A model generated the notes under the pieces. It saw only the letters and a list, made by a program, of their open reading frames with translations. It made no database searches and had not been told where the DNA came from. The position numbers and the translations under genes are program-made. Of a stretch of 64,000 bases of DNA, positions 14,042-27,234 are shown one piece after another; the stretch's first letter is position 1; each line of letters starts with the position of its first letter. Source of the stretch: Gnetum montanum. Taxonomy: Eukaryota; Plantae; Gnetophyta. The stretch covers positions 511,318-575,317 of the forward strand of contig MNCI01001519.1 of the NCBI GenBank assembly GCA_015680685.1. The letters are read 5' to 3'.

Positions 14042-14949
14042 ATGGTTCCAAAAAGAGGATCACAAGAGGGACCTTAGTAGGAAATAGCCAAACATCCAAA
14101 AGAGGTGGTAGAAGCCAACAAGGCGAGCATGCAGAGCATGAGGAACAAGAGGCCCAATCATTTGGTATCCATTAAGAGGTTCCTGTCATAGGACAGTTAG
14201 TCCAAGGAGAGGTTGCGGAACCACAAGCTCTTGTGTAGGGACAATGCCTCACATTATCTCCAGAATGCCTTGAAGCTATTAAAGAGAAATCCATGTTGAC
14301 CACGGTCATCATGGAGATGAACTTTGGCCCATTCATGGTGTTTTCTCCTAAAGTAGTTCAGAAGAAACTCTAGGCATCACCTTTGTGACCCATCCTTTTA
14401 GATAGTGGCGAATGGTACCTTGGCAAAACCTACCAATTTTGGCACAACAAGGAGAAGGAAACCATTATTAACATTTTTTAAGTCATTGTTTCATTCTTGG
14501 TCAAAGAAATCATAGAAGCTCTAAATCTGCAAAATGAGCGAGCTAAGTTAGCCCATCTGTCCATGAGGTCTAACCCTGACACTAGAAAGTTGTAGTTGAA
14601 GTGGGTCTACAAGAAAGAAAATAAGACATATAATGAATTAACTTTGGAAGAGAGGACCTATTTTAAGATAGGGACATATCACCTATTCTAGGAAAAGTGC
14701 CATATTAATGGACAAATACATGGCCAACCTTCCCTAGTTACATTGCATGGAGATTCAGAGGTATTTTGAAGAGAAGAAGGTAGGGAAGCTAACACTTCCA
14801 TTTTCTTGCTTGATTCAAAATTTGTGTAAACATGCTAGAATCTTAGGATACACAAATGACATTTCTAGGAAGGCTCAGAATGCTTTCTTTACTAAGTTGC
14901 TCAAACTTGCCGCACCAAGGAAAGACCTTAGTAAGGAACAAGAACCAAA
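14042..14949 (+). pseudogene. Athila env-like / plant-transposon-protein ORF of element A, 5' part (continues at 33554)
   Basis: Starts ATGGTTCCAAAA (MVPK). Contains LTLPFSCLIQNLC, similar to the LPF.xLIT.LC motif of Athila env-like ORFs. Located 3' of the gag region and cut by the B insertion. Confidence 0.65.
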
Positions 14950-16635
14950 TGTAGCAACCGAAAACATTGGAGGTTGGAATGGGACACCGAGAGCTCTACG
15001 ATAGCATAGTCTTTACTTTGCTTCTACATGAGGGCCTACTGGGAATAGAGGTGGGGTGCCCAAAATGGTCTTCTCGATCAAACTAGGACTTACAAGTGTT
15101 ACAAAGAAATGGTTATTAAGAGTTCACATGGTATTTTCGATGTCCATGGTGCTCATGGGGGTGAGCATAGTGAAAGTTTTGGGCACAAAAACGAAGGTGT
15201 AAACATGTGAATGTGTGTAAAGAATAATGAAAAATGTGTGTAGAATGCTAAAATGTAGGAGAAAATGTGAAAAATGCATAAAATGTGAGTAAGAGAGAAG
15301 GCGGCACCATCCTAAACAAGGGGAGCATAGTCAATTGCAAAGGAAAGTTTAGGAGGTACACAGTGTACAATAAGCACAATAGATGAGTGTAGTCACAGTC
15401 TCAAGGTGTCTGGTTGCAAAAATTGATGTCTGTTATGGAGTCTAGGCCTATTGGGTTGGCTGCCATGATGTCCTATAGGCTATCATGGTCAATGGTGTGT
15501 TGGGCGGTGTACAACGGTGCCATAGTGTTGTGCAACAATGTTCGATGGTGTCCCAAAGTTCACCAAAATGCCAAGTGTGCTCATGTGTAAGAATGCTAAG
15601 AATGCCAATGTTCAAATTTTCCAACCCCTAAAATGTGAAACACTAGGGTATTTATAGGCCTAGGATTAGCATGAATCATAGATCAAGCACCATGTCGCAG
15701 AGGCGTAGTTGGGACTACATTAGCCCCAACTATGCTCCCACCGAAGTGAAATGGTGTTTTGTTGGTGTGCTCCAATGAACCTTGTGAAATTGTCAAACTA
15801 TGACTATGTTGCCAAGACTGCACGTGAAGTGCTAAAAAAATTGCAAAGTACCTAAAAATAATGAAAAATGATTCAATTTTGAAGACTACGCTTCGAGACT
15901 ACATTGTCCACTCTATCGAGTGGTGTCAAGCATTGGTATAATTTTGGGGCAAATGGGGGGTGCAACAGAGACAAAACTTCTTGATCTTACTCATCAAGGG
16001 AATGTTGGAGCTGAGATACTAATTAGTGCTAAGTTCTAGAGGCTTCTAGAGGTAGTTCCAGTAGACAATGCTGACTATGCTTTGGAGCGTAGCCCTGGGA
16101 GTTAGGAAAATCTTGCCAAAAAATGATGCTCAATGCAGACTATGCTAGCTATGCTCTAGAGCATAATCCCAGAGGTGAGAGCATAGCCCTAACACTTGGA
16201 AAAATTTGGTAAAGTGATGTGCCCATGTAAACTATGCTAACTACGCTCTAGAGCATAGTAGGGAGCGTAGGCTTAGGAGTTAGAAAATTTGCCAAACTAT
16301 TTTGTCCATTCCAACTATGCTTAACAGCCTCTAGCTTGACACTTAGGAAAATTTGCAAAACTAGTCATTCCAAGGCTGACTATGTTGACTATGCTCTAGA
16401 GAGTAGTCCTGATAGGGTAAGCATAGTTAGGACACTTAGAAAAATTTGCAACTACTCTTGACACTTAGAAAAATTTTGCAAATCTAGACTATTAGTGTCA
16501 ACTATGCTAAATATGCTCTAGAGCATAGTCCAGTAGTGGGAGCGTAGTTTCAACACTTAAAAACAATTTGCCAAGTTTTGACACTTAGCCAAATTTGTAG
16601 TTGAGACCTGGAAGCCTAAATTTCATGGTGTTTCA
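14950..16635 (-). repeat. 3' LTR of element B
   Basis: Plus strand reads TGTAGCAAC...GTGTTTCA and matches 31957-33548. A hand-aligned 120-nt block (15181-15300) has 13 mismatches, 12 of them transitions. Confidence 0.95.
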
Positions 16636-16649
16636 TTGGTCCCTCTTTG
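16636..16649 (-). promoter_or_regulatory. Polypurine tract of element B
   Basis: Minus strand AAAGAGGGACCAA immediately precedes the LTR start TGAAACAC. Confidence 0.75.
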
Positions 16650-18224
16650 TTGATGTCTGGAGGAGTGGCCTAAGAGACGTTGACAAAGAACACAAAACAC
16701 CATAGCAGGCCAAGCACCAACATTGCTCATTAGTACCAAACTAAATGTCACTTCACCATGCTCAAGAGTGCTAATGGTAATGGTATGCTGGGGATAAAGG
16801 GTGTAAGGAATGTGTTAGGGAATGAAATGCAAACAATGTGGTACTACAAGATGTGGAGTCAGCACAGCTAACGGTGATTATGGCACCAAGGTGGCTTGTT
16901 GCCAAAACATTGACCTCTCGTTAGAGTAGTTGTGAGAGAGCTAGCGTCAATGGCACTAGAAAGGCTTACCCCTGAGATTATGACCTCTCATTGGAATTCT
17001 TGTGAGAAGGTCAATGTAAATTCAGGGCTAGACTAGTTGCAAAATTGTAGCTTTGCTAAATGCTTAGGGACATGTTTTGTCTTGTACTTTTGCTTTGCCT
17101 TTTTTTTGTGGCTATGAGGTAAATCAACTTTGGATTCTGCATATTGTAAGATGCTAGTTGCAGGATGCTTGCCATCAGGCAAGCTACATGCCACCTAATG
17201 GACTTTTCTTTAGTACGACCATGTTACATTTGTAGGATAGGTGTTTCCTTTCTAGGATGAGTTGAATTACATCCACTTGGGCTTTGACCAGCCCATAGAG
17301 GCTTCCCATAGGACGCATTGCATTATGTACATTATGGGTTCTATGATTGATGTAAATAGGGTGTCGTGTGCATCAGAGGGATTGCAAGCTTGGTGATGTA
17401 GAGGGGAGCAAGGAAATACAAGGTAAAATGAATAAAGGCAAGTAGGCGATAGCAGGGTAATAGGGATGTGCACTCTTAAGCAGTTTAGCTAGCCCAATCA
17501 TGCACATTAGAGCAATATGGTGACTTGCCACTGTGATGAGATGCATCTCTGCATGACCGCCTCCAAGGCTCTATCCTGAAAATACAATGCAGAGAAAACA
17601 AGCAAACAATCACACAACATGAAATGAGAGTAAACTGCTGGATGCAAGTGTGCTACAAATGCTAGCAATGGCTAGACCAGTTGCAAGAGCTTGAAGAACC
17701 AATGCAAAAAGACCAATGTAAGTGCCAGAGTGAGAAGGCTATAAAAGCTCCAGCAACCATACGAAAGGTGAGCATCCATAGAGGCCAGCAAAATGGTAGA
17801 GGGCAATGGCGATGCAGGTGCTGGAGACTTCATACCAGGGATAGGAGCTTGGAAAGCCAGCAAAATGGTAGAGAGCTAGGATGTTGCAAACACTTCCAAG
17901 TCTGAGCAATGGTGAGGGTTGAAGGATGGTAGCAAAATGGCTGGGCCATAGTACTATTGGTACTCAAGTGGGTGGTGCTAATGATAAGAGCTCCAAGCAA
18001 TAATGAAATACCCAAGGCTAGTAATGCTGTCAATGCAGCTTGGGGCTGGTACTACTAGCGATCATGGAAAGAGCTTTGGAAGATCAAAAAAATGCCTGAG
18101 AGCATTTTTGAGGGATCAGAAAAATGCCAAAGGGAATTTTCAAAGGATTAGCAAAGTGCCTGATGGCATGAAGTTGGAAGTATTGTCACTTGCTTGTCCA
18201 CAGAACTATGTGTGTTGAATTGCG

Positions 18225-18612
18225 AATCCAGTTTAGGGTCTTGGTAGATCGTTTGTTGTGCTAGTTTAGGATCCTAGTAGACTATGAACCCAGTTTAAGG
18301 TCCTAGTAGACCATGATATGCTAGTTTATAGTCCTAGTAGACTATTCAGTGTCAGTTTAATGTTGTAGCAGATGTGCTGCTATGTCAGTTTATCGTCATG
18401 ACCCAAAGACAGTTTGTACCAGTTTATAATCATAGAGAACTATCTGTGCTAGTTTATAGTCATAACGGACTATCTGTACTAGTCTATAGTCATAGCAGAC
18501 ATGTTGTGCTAGTTCATAGCAGATGTTTTCTAGTTCATAATCATATTGGACTTGCTATGCCAGTTTATAGTCATGGCAAACTATTTGTGCTAATTTATAC
18601 TCATAGCGAACT
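18225..18612 (-). repeat. Tandem array 3' of integrase in element B, ~30-35 bp units with core AAACT(A/G)GC
   Basis: Plus strand repeats (T)GCTAGTTTATAGTC.TAG.AGAC more than 10 times. Confidence 0.85.
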
Positions 18613-21600
18613 ATTTCTTGCCTTGCCTTATCGTTTATGTGCCATTCATAGTACAGCTTCAAGTATGAGTGGGTTACTAGATTGGCAAATTCATTACCAT
18701 CATGGTCAACAAGCTTGGATCCCCCATTTCCATAGGCCTTGACAACTAAGAAAGGCCCTTCCAAGTTGGTTGAGAATTTATTTACGAGTTTGCAAACAAC
18801 CTTGAGGACCAAGTCCCCCTCCTTGATTGGGCATTGATGCTGATTGTGATGATGCTTTTATCATTGTGTTTGTTGGTACCACTCGATTTGACTAAGCATT
18901 TGCATGCACTCCTCTATTGAGTCAAGGTCTATGGCCCTCAACTTGTCATTTTAAGCCTCGTCGATGAAGCTTAAGAGGATTACGTGGAGCGATGGGACCT
19001 ACAATTCAAGGGGCAAGATGGCTTTAGATCCATAAACCAAGTTGTATAATATCTTACCTATTACAGTTCTTCGTGTTGTGTGATAGGCCCAAAGTGCATA
19101 GATCAATTGCTTGTGCCATCGCCATCTGCTACTGCAAAGCATCTTCTTTAGAAGATTGACAATGACCTTTTTTGTGGCCTTCACTTGGCCATTTTCTTGC
19201 GAGTAGTAGGGTAATGAAAAGGAATGTTTGATTCCAAAGCATTCAAAAAATGCTTTAGTATTGAAATTGCTAAACTGTGGATTTTTTTCTATGACAATGG
19301 TCATGGGTAAACCAAAATGGGACACTATGTTGTCGAGTATGAATTTGCAAACTTGTTGCGATGTAATCTTCCTAAGAAGAATAACCTCAACCCACTTTGT
19401 AAAATACTCAGCGGTAGTTATAATGAAGCTATGCCTTGCGGAGGATGTAGGCATTATTAGCCCTATGATGTCCAACCCCCAATGTTGGAATGACCACATG
19501 ATTTTTTTTTGTATGTAGCTTAGTAGGTGGCATGTGCATTGAGTTACCATGCCATTGACACATGTTACATGTTTTGACCTTGGAGATGCAATCATGCTCC
19601 ATATAAGGCCAATAGTAACCTAAGCATCTAATTTTCATCGCCATTGCCCTAGGTGTTATGTGGCCTCCACAAAGTTCCTCATGGACTTGGTCAATGATCA
19701 TTTGTGCTTCGCTATCGCTAACGTAAGTCAATAACATGCCATTATAGGATCTACGGCACAATGTGCTATCACCTATGATGACGTACTACTATGATCACTC
19801 TCACACTACATTCTTTTGGGTAGTGGTCAAATACTGTGGAGGTTCATCTTATAGAAGGTATGACTTAATGTCTTCATACCACTTTACTGCATGGGTTGTG
19901 CTTACTGTGGCTATGGATGCAATGTTGGTTGTTTGCATGACAAGTATAGTGGAATCTACCACAGAGGTGGGTAATGTGTGAAACATATCAAGTGCAATGC
20001 TTAAGGCTAATGTAGCTAATGCGTCAGAAATGGCATTTTCATTGTGGGGAATATGCTGAATATCAGTAGTTGAAAAATGCTTGACAAGTGTTTTGTCAGG
20101 TCACAGTAAGGTTTTAGGTGTTGGGATTATAGGTGTAAACCTCTATAACTTGGTTGAAAGCTAGTTGTGAGTCTCCTCAGATTGTTAGATTTTGTATTCC
20201 TATGTCACGAGCTGCTAGGATACCCTAGAGGAGACCCTCATACTCTGTCATGTTGTTAGTACATGGAATGCAAAACAATACGTGAGGGATAAAATCTCCC
20301 TAGAGGGGAACATGATTATGGTAGTGGCACTACCTCCTTGAGAGGTTGAAGCACTATCGAAGTGCAAGAGTGCCTTGAAGTTGCTAGGAAGTTGACTTAT
20401 GCTAGTGACATGCCCATCCAAAAATTCTGGATTTATCGTTGCTTAATCATTAATTGGGGAAGTCATAAGTTGTGTGGCTATTGCTTAACCTTTAGTTGAT
20501 GCTTGCACAACATAGTGCAGGTCAAACTTTGTAATTATTACTTTCCAATGTGCAATGCGACTGCTCTTGTAGGTATTCATGGTAATGGCTCAGAGTACAT
20601 TACTTTTGTAGATGATGTTTACTTGGCTACGGAAAAGGTAGTGCCTCCACTTCTTGAGTGCAAAGACTAAGGTGAGGTAGTTCTTTTCCATATCATTGTA
20701 CTTTGCTTCATAGGTAACTAATGCATGACTTAGGTAGTATATCGGGACCTTAGTGCCATTGTCTCACTTTTGGTAAAGAAAAGACACAATGGATGCATTG
20801 GAGGTAGCAAGGTAGATGTAGCAAGGTTTGTCTCCTTGTGAAGGGTAGACCATTGGAAGTTAAGCCAGCTCCTGTTTAAGCTTAACAAATGCCTCTTAGC
20901 ATTGAGTCATCCACTCAAAGCAGACTCCCTTTTTGAGCAAATGTTGCATGGGCTGCAACTTCTCAATCAACCGTGTGATAAACCATCATATGAATTGCAA
21001 TCTACCTTATAACCCTCGTAGCACTTTAAGGTTGGTTGGTGCTACTAAGTTGACAATGGTCTTAACCTTATCGGGGTCTATGTGTATGCCTGATTCAGAT
21101 ACTACAAAACCTAGCATGTGATTTTTCTTGATCCTAAAGACACATTTCTTAGGATTTAGCCTAAGTTCATGTTTGAGGCAACGTTTGAGATCAAGGTCTA
21201 AGTCATTTGCATGGTTGCATGCCACTTTGGACTTAACTGCTATGTCGTCAACGTAATCATTGAGCAAGCCTAGTAGGTAATCACTAAAAATGTACGTCAT
21301 AGCTCCTTGATAAGTTGCTCCTACATTCTTGAGTCCAAAGGGCATCATTATGTAGCAAAATGTATCCCAAGGGGTCATGAAGCTAGTACTAAGTTGGTGC
21401 TCTAGGTTGATCTGATTCTGGCTATACCCTGAGAACTCATCCATGAAGGACAACAAGGCATGACCAGCCATAGTATCAACCAATTGATCAATACTAGGTA
21501 ATGAAGAATCATCTTTAATGGTGGCCTTGTTTAGGTCTCGAAATTCTATGCAAATGCATATACTTCTATTTTTCTTGGGTTCGACCACGATGTTGGAGAC

Positions 21601-22119
21601 CCAGTCGATGTAGTCAATGGTCTAGATGAAACAAGCTTTGTAGAGCTTGATGATTTCATTGCAGACTATCAATGCCACCTCAAGCCTAACATTGCAAGCT
21701 TTTTGTTTAATCGGTTTTATGCTAGGGTCAAGGATTATGTTGTGTTGCGCTACGTAAAGATCTAGGTCTGGCATGTCTTCATAAGACCATGCAAATGCCT
21801 TGATGTTTTCGTTGAGTACTCTTGTGATGCTTTGTGCATGTCGAGGCTCTAATAGAGAACCAAGTTTCAATGTTTTTGCCTCACCACTAAATGTTGCTAC
21901 AAGGACTTCAATGAGGGGATCGTTGGTTATGTCACCTACCTCTAGGTTTAGAGCCCTAACTAGATGGTATGGCTAGTCTAGCAGTGCCTCTACAAATGTT
22001 ATGTATTCATTGTAGGCTATGGGCTCGAGGTCTAAGCATTGAGGATCGATGCATCACGTGAGATCACCATGCAGCTCGGTGAGGACCAACGATGAGTGAA
22101 GATGCTTGTATGTAGTCAT
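18555..22119 (-). pseudogene. pol: Decayed RT-RNaseH-aRH-integrase ORF of element B
   Basis: FAWSYEDMP, MPFGLKNVGATYQ, YVDD, LCGGH, WGLDIIG, YFTKWVE, ENGQVKATKK, EGPFLV. Multiple stops and frameshifts. Confidence 0.95.
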
Positions 22120-22299
22120 GTTGTAAATCCTGTGATAGTCCTACAAAAACAACTAGAAAAATATCAAGTCACACTTATCTTAATAAGAGCAATATCCATA
22201 GTTAAAGAAAATAATGTGATAAAATTTTACCTAAGTATGCAGATGTGATCTTAAAGGCAAGGGATGCATGGGCCGATTCTAGGCCTTAGTAGGCTATGG

Positions 22300-22420
22300 G
22301 ATCGCCAGTTTAAGATCTTAGTAGACTAAAGCATGCTAGTTTAATGTCGTAGCGGGTGGTTAGGTGCCCGTCGTAGTGGACGGTTAGGTGCTAGTTTAAT
22401 GTCATAGTGGACGATAGTGG
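22300..22420 (-). repeat. Short repeat cluster upstream of RT in element B (core TAAACT(A/G)GC)
   Basis: GCCAGTTTAAG, GCTAGTTTAATGTCGTAG and GCTAGTTTAATGTCATAG on the plus strand. Confidence 0.7.
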
Positions 22421-24285
22421 TATGCGCTGCAATTTATTTCGAAAAAGAAAAATTAGCGTGGGTGCCCATTGGGAGATAAGAAAAATTCAAAATTTTTCTA
22501 AGTCTAGAGACAACTAGAAAAATCAAAAAAATTTCTAACTTTGGTAACTATGTTTATACTAACTATGCTCTACATTGTTAAGCGTAGCTTCGGGTATGTA
22601 AAAATTTAAGTGGTTCCCAAAGGTATAAAAGCACATTTTACCCTTAGTAAATTTGTCATTGTTAAAGGGTAAAAATAAAATTTCTAGATCATAGCATAGT
22701 TGTAAGAGTGTAGTTGCCAAAATGTCGCACCAAAGTGGATGTCAACACCCTAGCCTGGTTAATGTGGATGAGGGAGAGTGAGTCCTAGAGTGCCTATTGT
22801 AGGCACGTGTGGAGGAGTGTAGGGCATCGTCGATTGCCAGGTACCCTAACTACGCTCTACCCCTTTGTCATTTTTAACTCTTTCCTACACTTAGGCATGG
22901 GGGCTTGGATTTTGTGGGTGGCACCCTACCTTGGTAGAGGCCACTACCGTCATAGCCATAGTGGCCATGTAGCAGGCGAGAATGCATGTGTTGTGTGAAG
23001 GGTTTGTAGAGAGGGTTTTGTGATCTTGCTTATGGGGGCAAGAATGGGCGTGGGTGTAGGGATTTATGCCACAGTGATTGATGTGGCCGCCAGGGGGATG
23101 AAGGCTGCAAGCTTGCAAAGAAAAATTTGTTTTGTTATGGCATGCAAGGTAGGAGATTGAGACTTTGGCAGTGCCCTAGTGTCACTACCTATGAGGCTGA
23201 GCTGTGGTAGGCTGCCATAAAAGTTGTAGTTTCTCTGTGCTATTTTTTTGATTTTATTCCCTCTATGCAAGGTAGGGATGAGGGTTTGGCTGTAGCCCTA
23301 GGGCTGTAGTTGGCGAGGTGAGGTGCATAATAGAGGATTGCAAGATTTTTCCTATGCTAAAAGTGGGGCAAGGGTAGGGATGAGGATGGGAGTGGTGGCC
23401 AAGATGGCATGCGACAGAGATGGGTTGCGATAGGGGTTGTCCCTTGATTTTGATTTTTTTTACAAGAGCACAATAGGGACAAGGGTTTGGGTGGCCCTAG
23501 AGCTACTCGTAAGGCAAGGTGTCTCGCCAAGGCCATGGCAAAGTGTAAGGTAGATCAATGCAAGGGGAATGCTCGATGGTGAGATGATGGTTGTAGGGGT
23601 TATGATCATGGTGGCAAGGGTTTCGGGATAGGGAGAAGTGCAAGGCATGTGATGCATGCTACTTGGGTAGTTAGTTTTTTTTTTTGGCAAATACTTTGAA
23701 ATTTTGGGGGCTACACTCTCCATGAGTGTAGACAACACTTACATTTTTTCATAAAAATTTAGGGCTATGCTCCCTAGGAGTGTAGCCAGTAGTTAGATTG
23801 ATTTTTTTTTTTTTGCAAAGTTGAGGGCTACACTCCCCAAAAAGTGTAGTTGATAGTTAGAAATTTTTGGCATTCCTGGACTACAATCCCAAAGGTAGCC
23901 CAAAGTTACAATTTTTCCTGTAATTTTTCGGGCTACATTGCCTAGAGTTAGAAGAAATTTTCAAAAACTTTTATGTAAAAATGTTAAACCTGTAAGATGA
24001 AAAATGCTAGTGTTAAATTGCTAAATGTGCAAAATGCAATGTTAGACATGTGATCATGTGAAATGAAATGCTAATGCTACTAAGACATGCTTTACCCCAG
24101 TGAGTACCAAATGCATCAAATGTGTATGTTGACATCCTATACCTGTAGGGCCTCAATGGACCCTCAGATATTTTTCTAACTTATGTTATGTCATGTTAAT
24201 TTTTTGCTAAGTGTATTTGAATGTGTTTTTTCCAAAATACATCTACTATATACTAACACTACATTTTTTGTTTGAGTAATTGCAG

Positions 24286-27038
24286 GGTGTTGTTGAAGAC
24301 TTTCTTAGTTGTTGTAGAGCTCGTCAACATTCTTTGTTGCATGAGCAAGCTTGTGCCCAACACACCTGCACTAGATATGAAGGTGGATCATTAGGCAGTA
24401 TGGTTTTGGCCTAGGGCTTCTAAGTTTCTAGCCTTCCTGCTATAGTAGTTCAATGTGATCATGTGGTCACACTTAGCAATAGAGGCTGTGAGTGTCATAA
24501 TTGAGACATTGCTTCCTAGGACCAACTAGGACATATTGTGATTCATGTATGATGAGCCCATGACCAGTGATGAGAAAGCAGGTGGTTCTAGGTGAAGCCC
24601 CAGGGACACTTGTCCCTTATCTAGGATTTGGAGGATGCTAGAGTTCTCTTGCTACAACAAGAGCAACATCCTCTTCATTGGTTTGCATGTACACATGGTG
24701 TTCCAAAACCCATCTGCAACAGTATATTGTGCAAGAGGGTAAGTGCTCTTATGATTTTGCATTGTGTTTCTTGTTATTGGACTAAATTTTCTAACTGCTA
24801 ACTACTTATGCTTAATGCTAGGTTTAAAGTTGATGATCAAAGGCTCCATGATGAAGAAGAAGCCCTTTCCTTGACTCGCACCACCCTAGAGGTGTTCTCC
24901 TCTAGTTTGAACTTTCGGGAGGCTGTAATTGAGTAGGTGGAAGAAGATTTAAAGAGATGCTCCACTCAGTATCCGAAAATTTTTAAGCATTGCAATACCT
25001 ATGCTTGGCTTGATGAGGGGTGGGCTAGTGGTGTGCTTAGCTTCAAGGAGCCAATTGCACCACCATCATTACCTCACACACTATTTGTTCTGCATAATTT
25101 CTTATTGTTTGGCCCTTGTGCTTGCTCACTTGCACTCATTGATTTTCCCTTGCATAATACTAATGTTGCTTTGCCTATGTTATAGCTATAGTTGCTTCAG
25201 AAGAGGTGACCATGGTCACCACAGGTTGCAATGAGGCCACCCTCATCATAAAATATGGTGATGTGAAGGGGCCACAAAATTGGTTGTGCCATCAGGCCTG
25301 AAAAGCATTGACTAGTTAGCTCACATGTGCTAGGTTGGTGGACCTTTTCTTGGCCCTAAGACTAAGCATTCTAGTGGTCAAAATGGTCATCATTATAGAC
25401 TCCTTCAACAACAATGCCTACTACTTCATCACCCACGTGCACAGGGTGAGTGTAGTCCTGAACCTCAGTGATGCCTTCTTTGCTAGTCTCTTTGGCCTCC
25501 CCTCCAAGGGTCCATTGGTCATTAACAAGGCCAACAGAGAGGTGGAATGCAAAGGAGAGATTGAGGAGTGGCTAGGAATCACCCGATATTATAAAGGCAT
25601 CATGGTTAAAGATGTGCGTGTCCCTGAGGTTTGGGAGCTCTACCCTCTTTTTCGTGCTCATGCCTTTCTGAAGCTACTCTTCCAAGGAAACATCCTTGGG
25701 GTGGAGCAAGTGCAGGTGATGAGAGAGGTACTGGAGGAGGGCACAAGGTTTAACTAGGCCTCCTTCCTCATTGTCAAACTGCAAGCAGAGATCACCAAAC
25801 TCCACTATAACCTCCAGGTGAGGTCTCATGTACACTTTACATTCTTCACAGTGTATCTACAAAGGTTCGTGGACTTGGTGGTCCGAGATAGTGGGCATTA
25901 GGTAGTGCAGGATTGTGAGTAGCTATCCAAGCCTTGGGTTAAACACTTGTTCATCACCACTCACACGTAGGACCCCCCCAAAAGGGATCGATGAGTCATA
26001 TTCAGTTACGACCAAAGGCCATTTAGGAAGGTCATGGTCACATTATTCCTATAACAATGTAGGTGAGTGTTCCCTAGTTATTGTTGGGGACGTGAATAGG
26101 GTCGATCCTTACATTGAAAAAATGGTGGGGCTTTCCAAAGCAAAGATCAAGAGGCCTCATCCAACAGAAAAGGCTACTCCTGCAGTTAGACTGGTAGGCA
26201 TCAAGAAAGTTCACCTTAAGATACCTACTTTGTGCATAGATGTTGCAAGTTAGTACATGTGTAGGTGCATTTGTTTTAAATTTTCTATGTTTATAATTTT
26301 TATGTTTTCTTGTTATGTTATGCTAATTTTATTATCCTATGTTTGTGAGTTAGGCGAGAGGGTTTTCGAAGTAGCGGCAATGGCAATGGAGACCACCTAG
26401 AAGGTCATTGAGTAAAAGCTACAAATGGACGAAGGGCCAAGAAAGGAAAAGATTTAGCACTAAGATGTGCAAATGGGGGCACATGAAAAAGGATCATAAG
26501 CACCATTATAAGCATGAGTGAGACACATATCTGCAACAACTCAAGGAAGATTTTTTTAAAGCCCATTTCCTTGAGTTGTTTGTTGATGCAATTGGCATGA
26601 GTCAAGCTGTCAAGATAGTCACTTGCCACACAGTGGTTAGTGGCTCCCCGAAGCAGGAGACTACCATTCCTTCAAGGAAGACTTCCTTTGCCACCTTTTC
26701 TATGTAGCCACCCACATGGACTACTATGGATGAAAACAAGACCCTCGTAGGTGTTGACTTTAGCTAGGAAGACTAGACGCAGCTATCAAAGGCCGAGATC
26801 CTCCAATGTTTGGAGGAGGGGCTTGATAGTGTGCCCTTAGACATGGTTAATGTGGGACCCTCTCAAGTTAATTTTGTTTTTTATTTTTATGTCTTTTCTA
26901 TTAAGTTGCATATTGCACTCTTACTTATAAATTTTTGTTTTATTGTTGTTGTGTTGATAGGTACTAAATGATGCTGTAGGCCCCAGTCGCATAGCAGAAG
27001 AAGAGAAGCCTCCACCCCCACCTGGCGCCATTGGTTAA
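24286..27038 (+). pseudogene. Antisense multi-exon accessory gene of element B (HAD/FCP1-like plus transposon-protein-like domains), decayed; exons about 24286-24738, 24822-~25100, ~25186-26248, ~26354-26866, 26961-27038
   Basis: Translated exons align with the D copy (AVWF..FL.FLL..WSHL; FQNP; EIEEWLGI; MREVLEEGT.FN; WG...KDHK; GPSQ|GT). GT-AG introns 24739-24821 and 26867-26960 fall at the same positions as in D. The first exon was not located. Confidence 0.8.
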
Positions 27039-27234
27039 GTAGATCCTGATGTAGCCCTACCATTGGGAATTTTTGTATTTTTGCATATTTTTGTTGTATA
27101 ATGCAGGTGATCATGTGATATATTGTTATTTTTTATGAGATATAATGGATTCTTTTTACTACATGGATTGTATGATGAGTAGACTTTTGTATTTATTTAC
27201 TATGTGCTACATGAATGATGCGATGGGTTAATGC

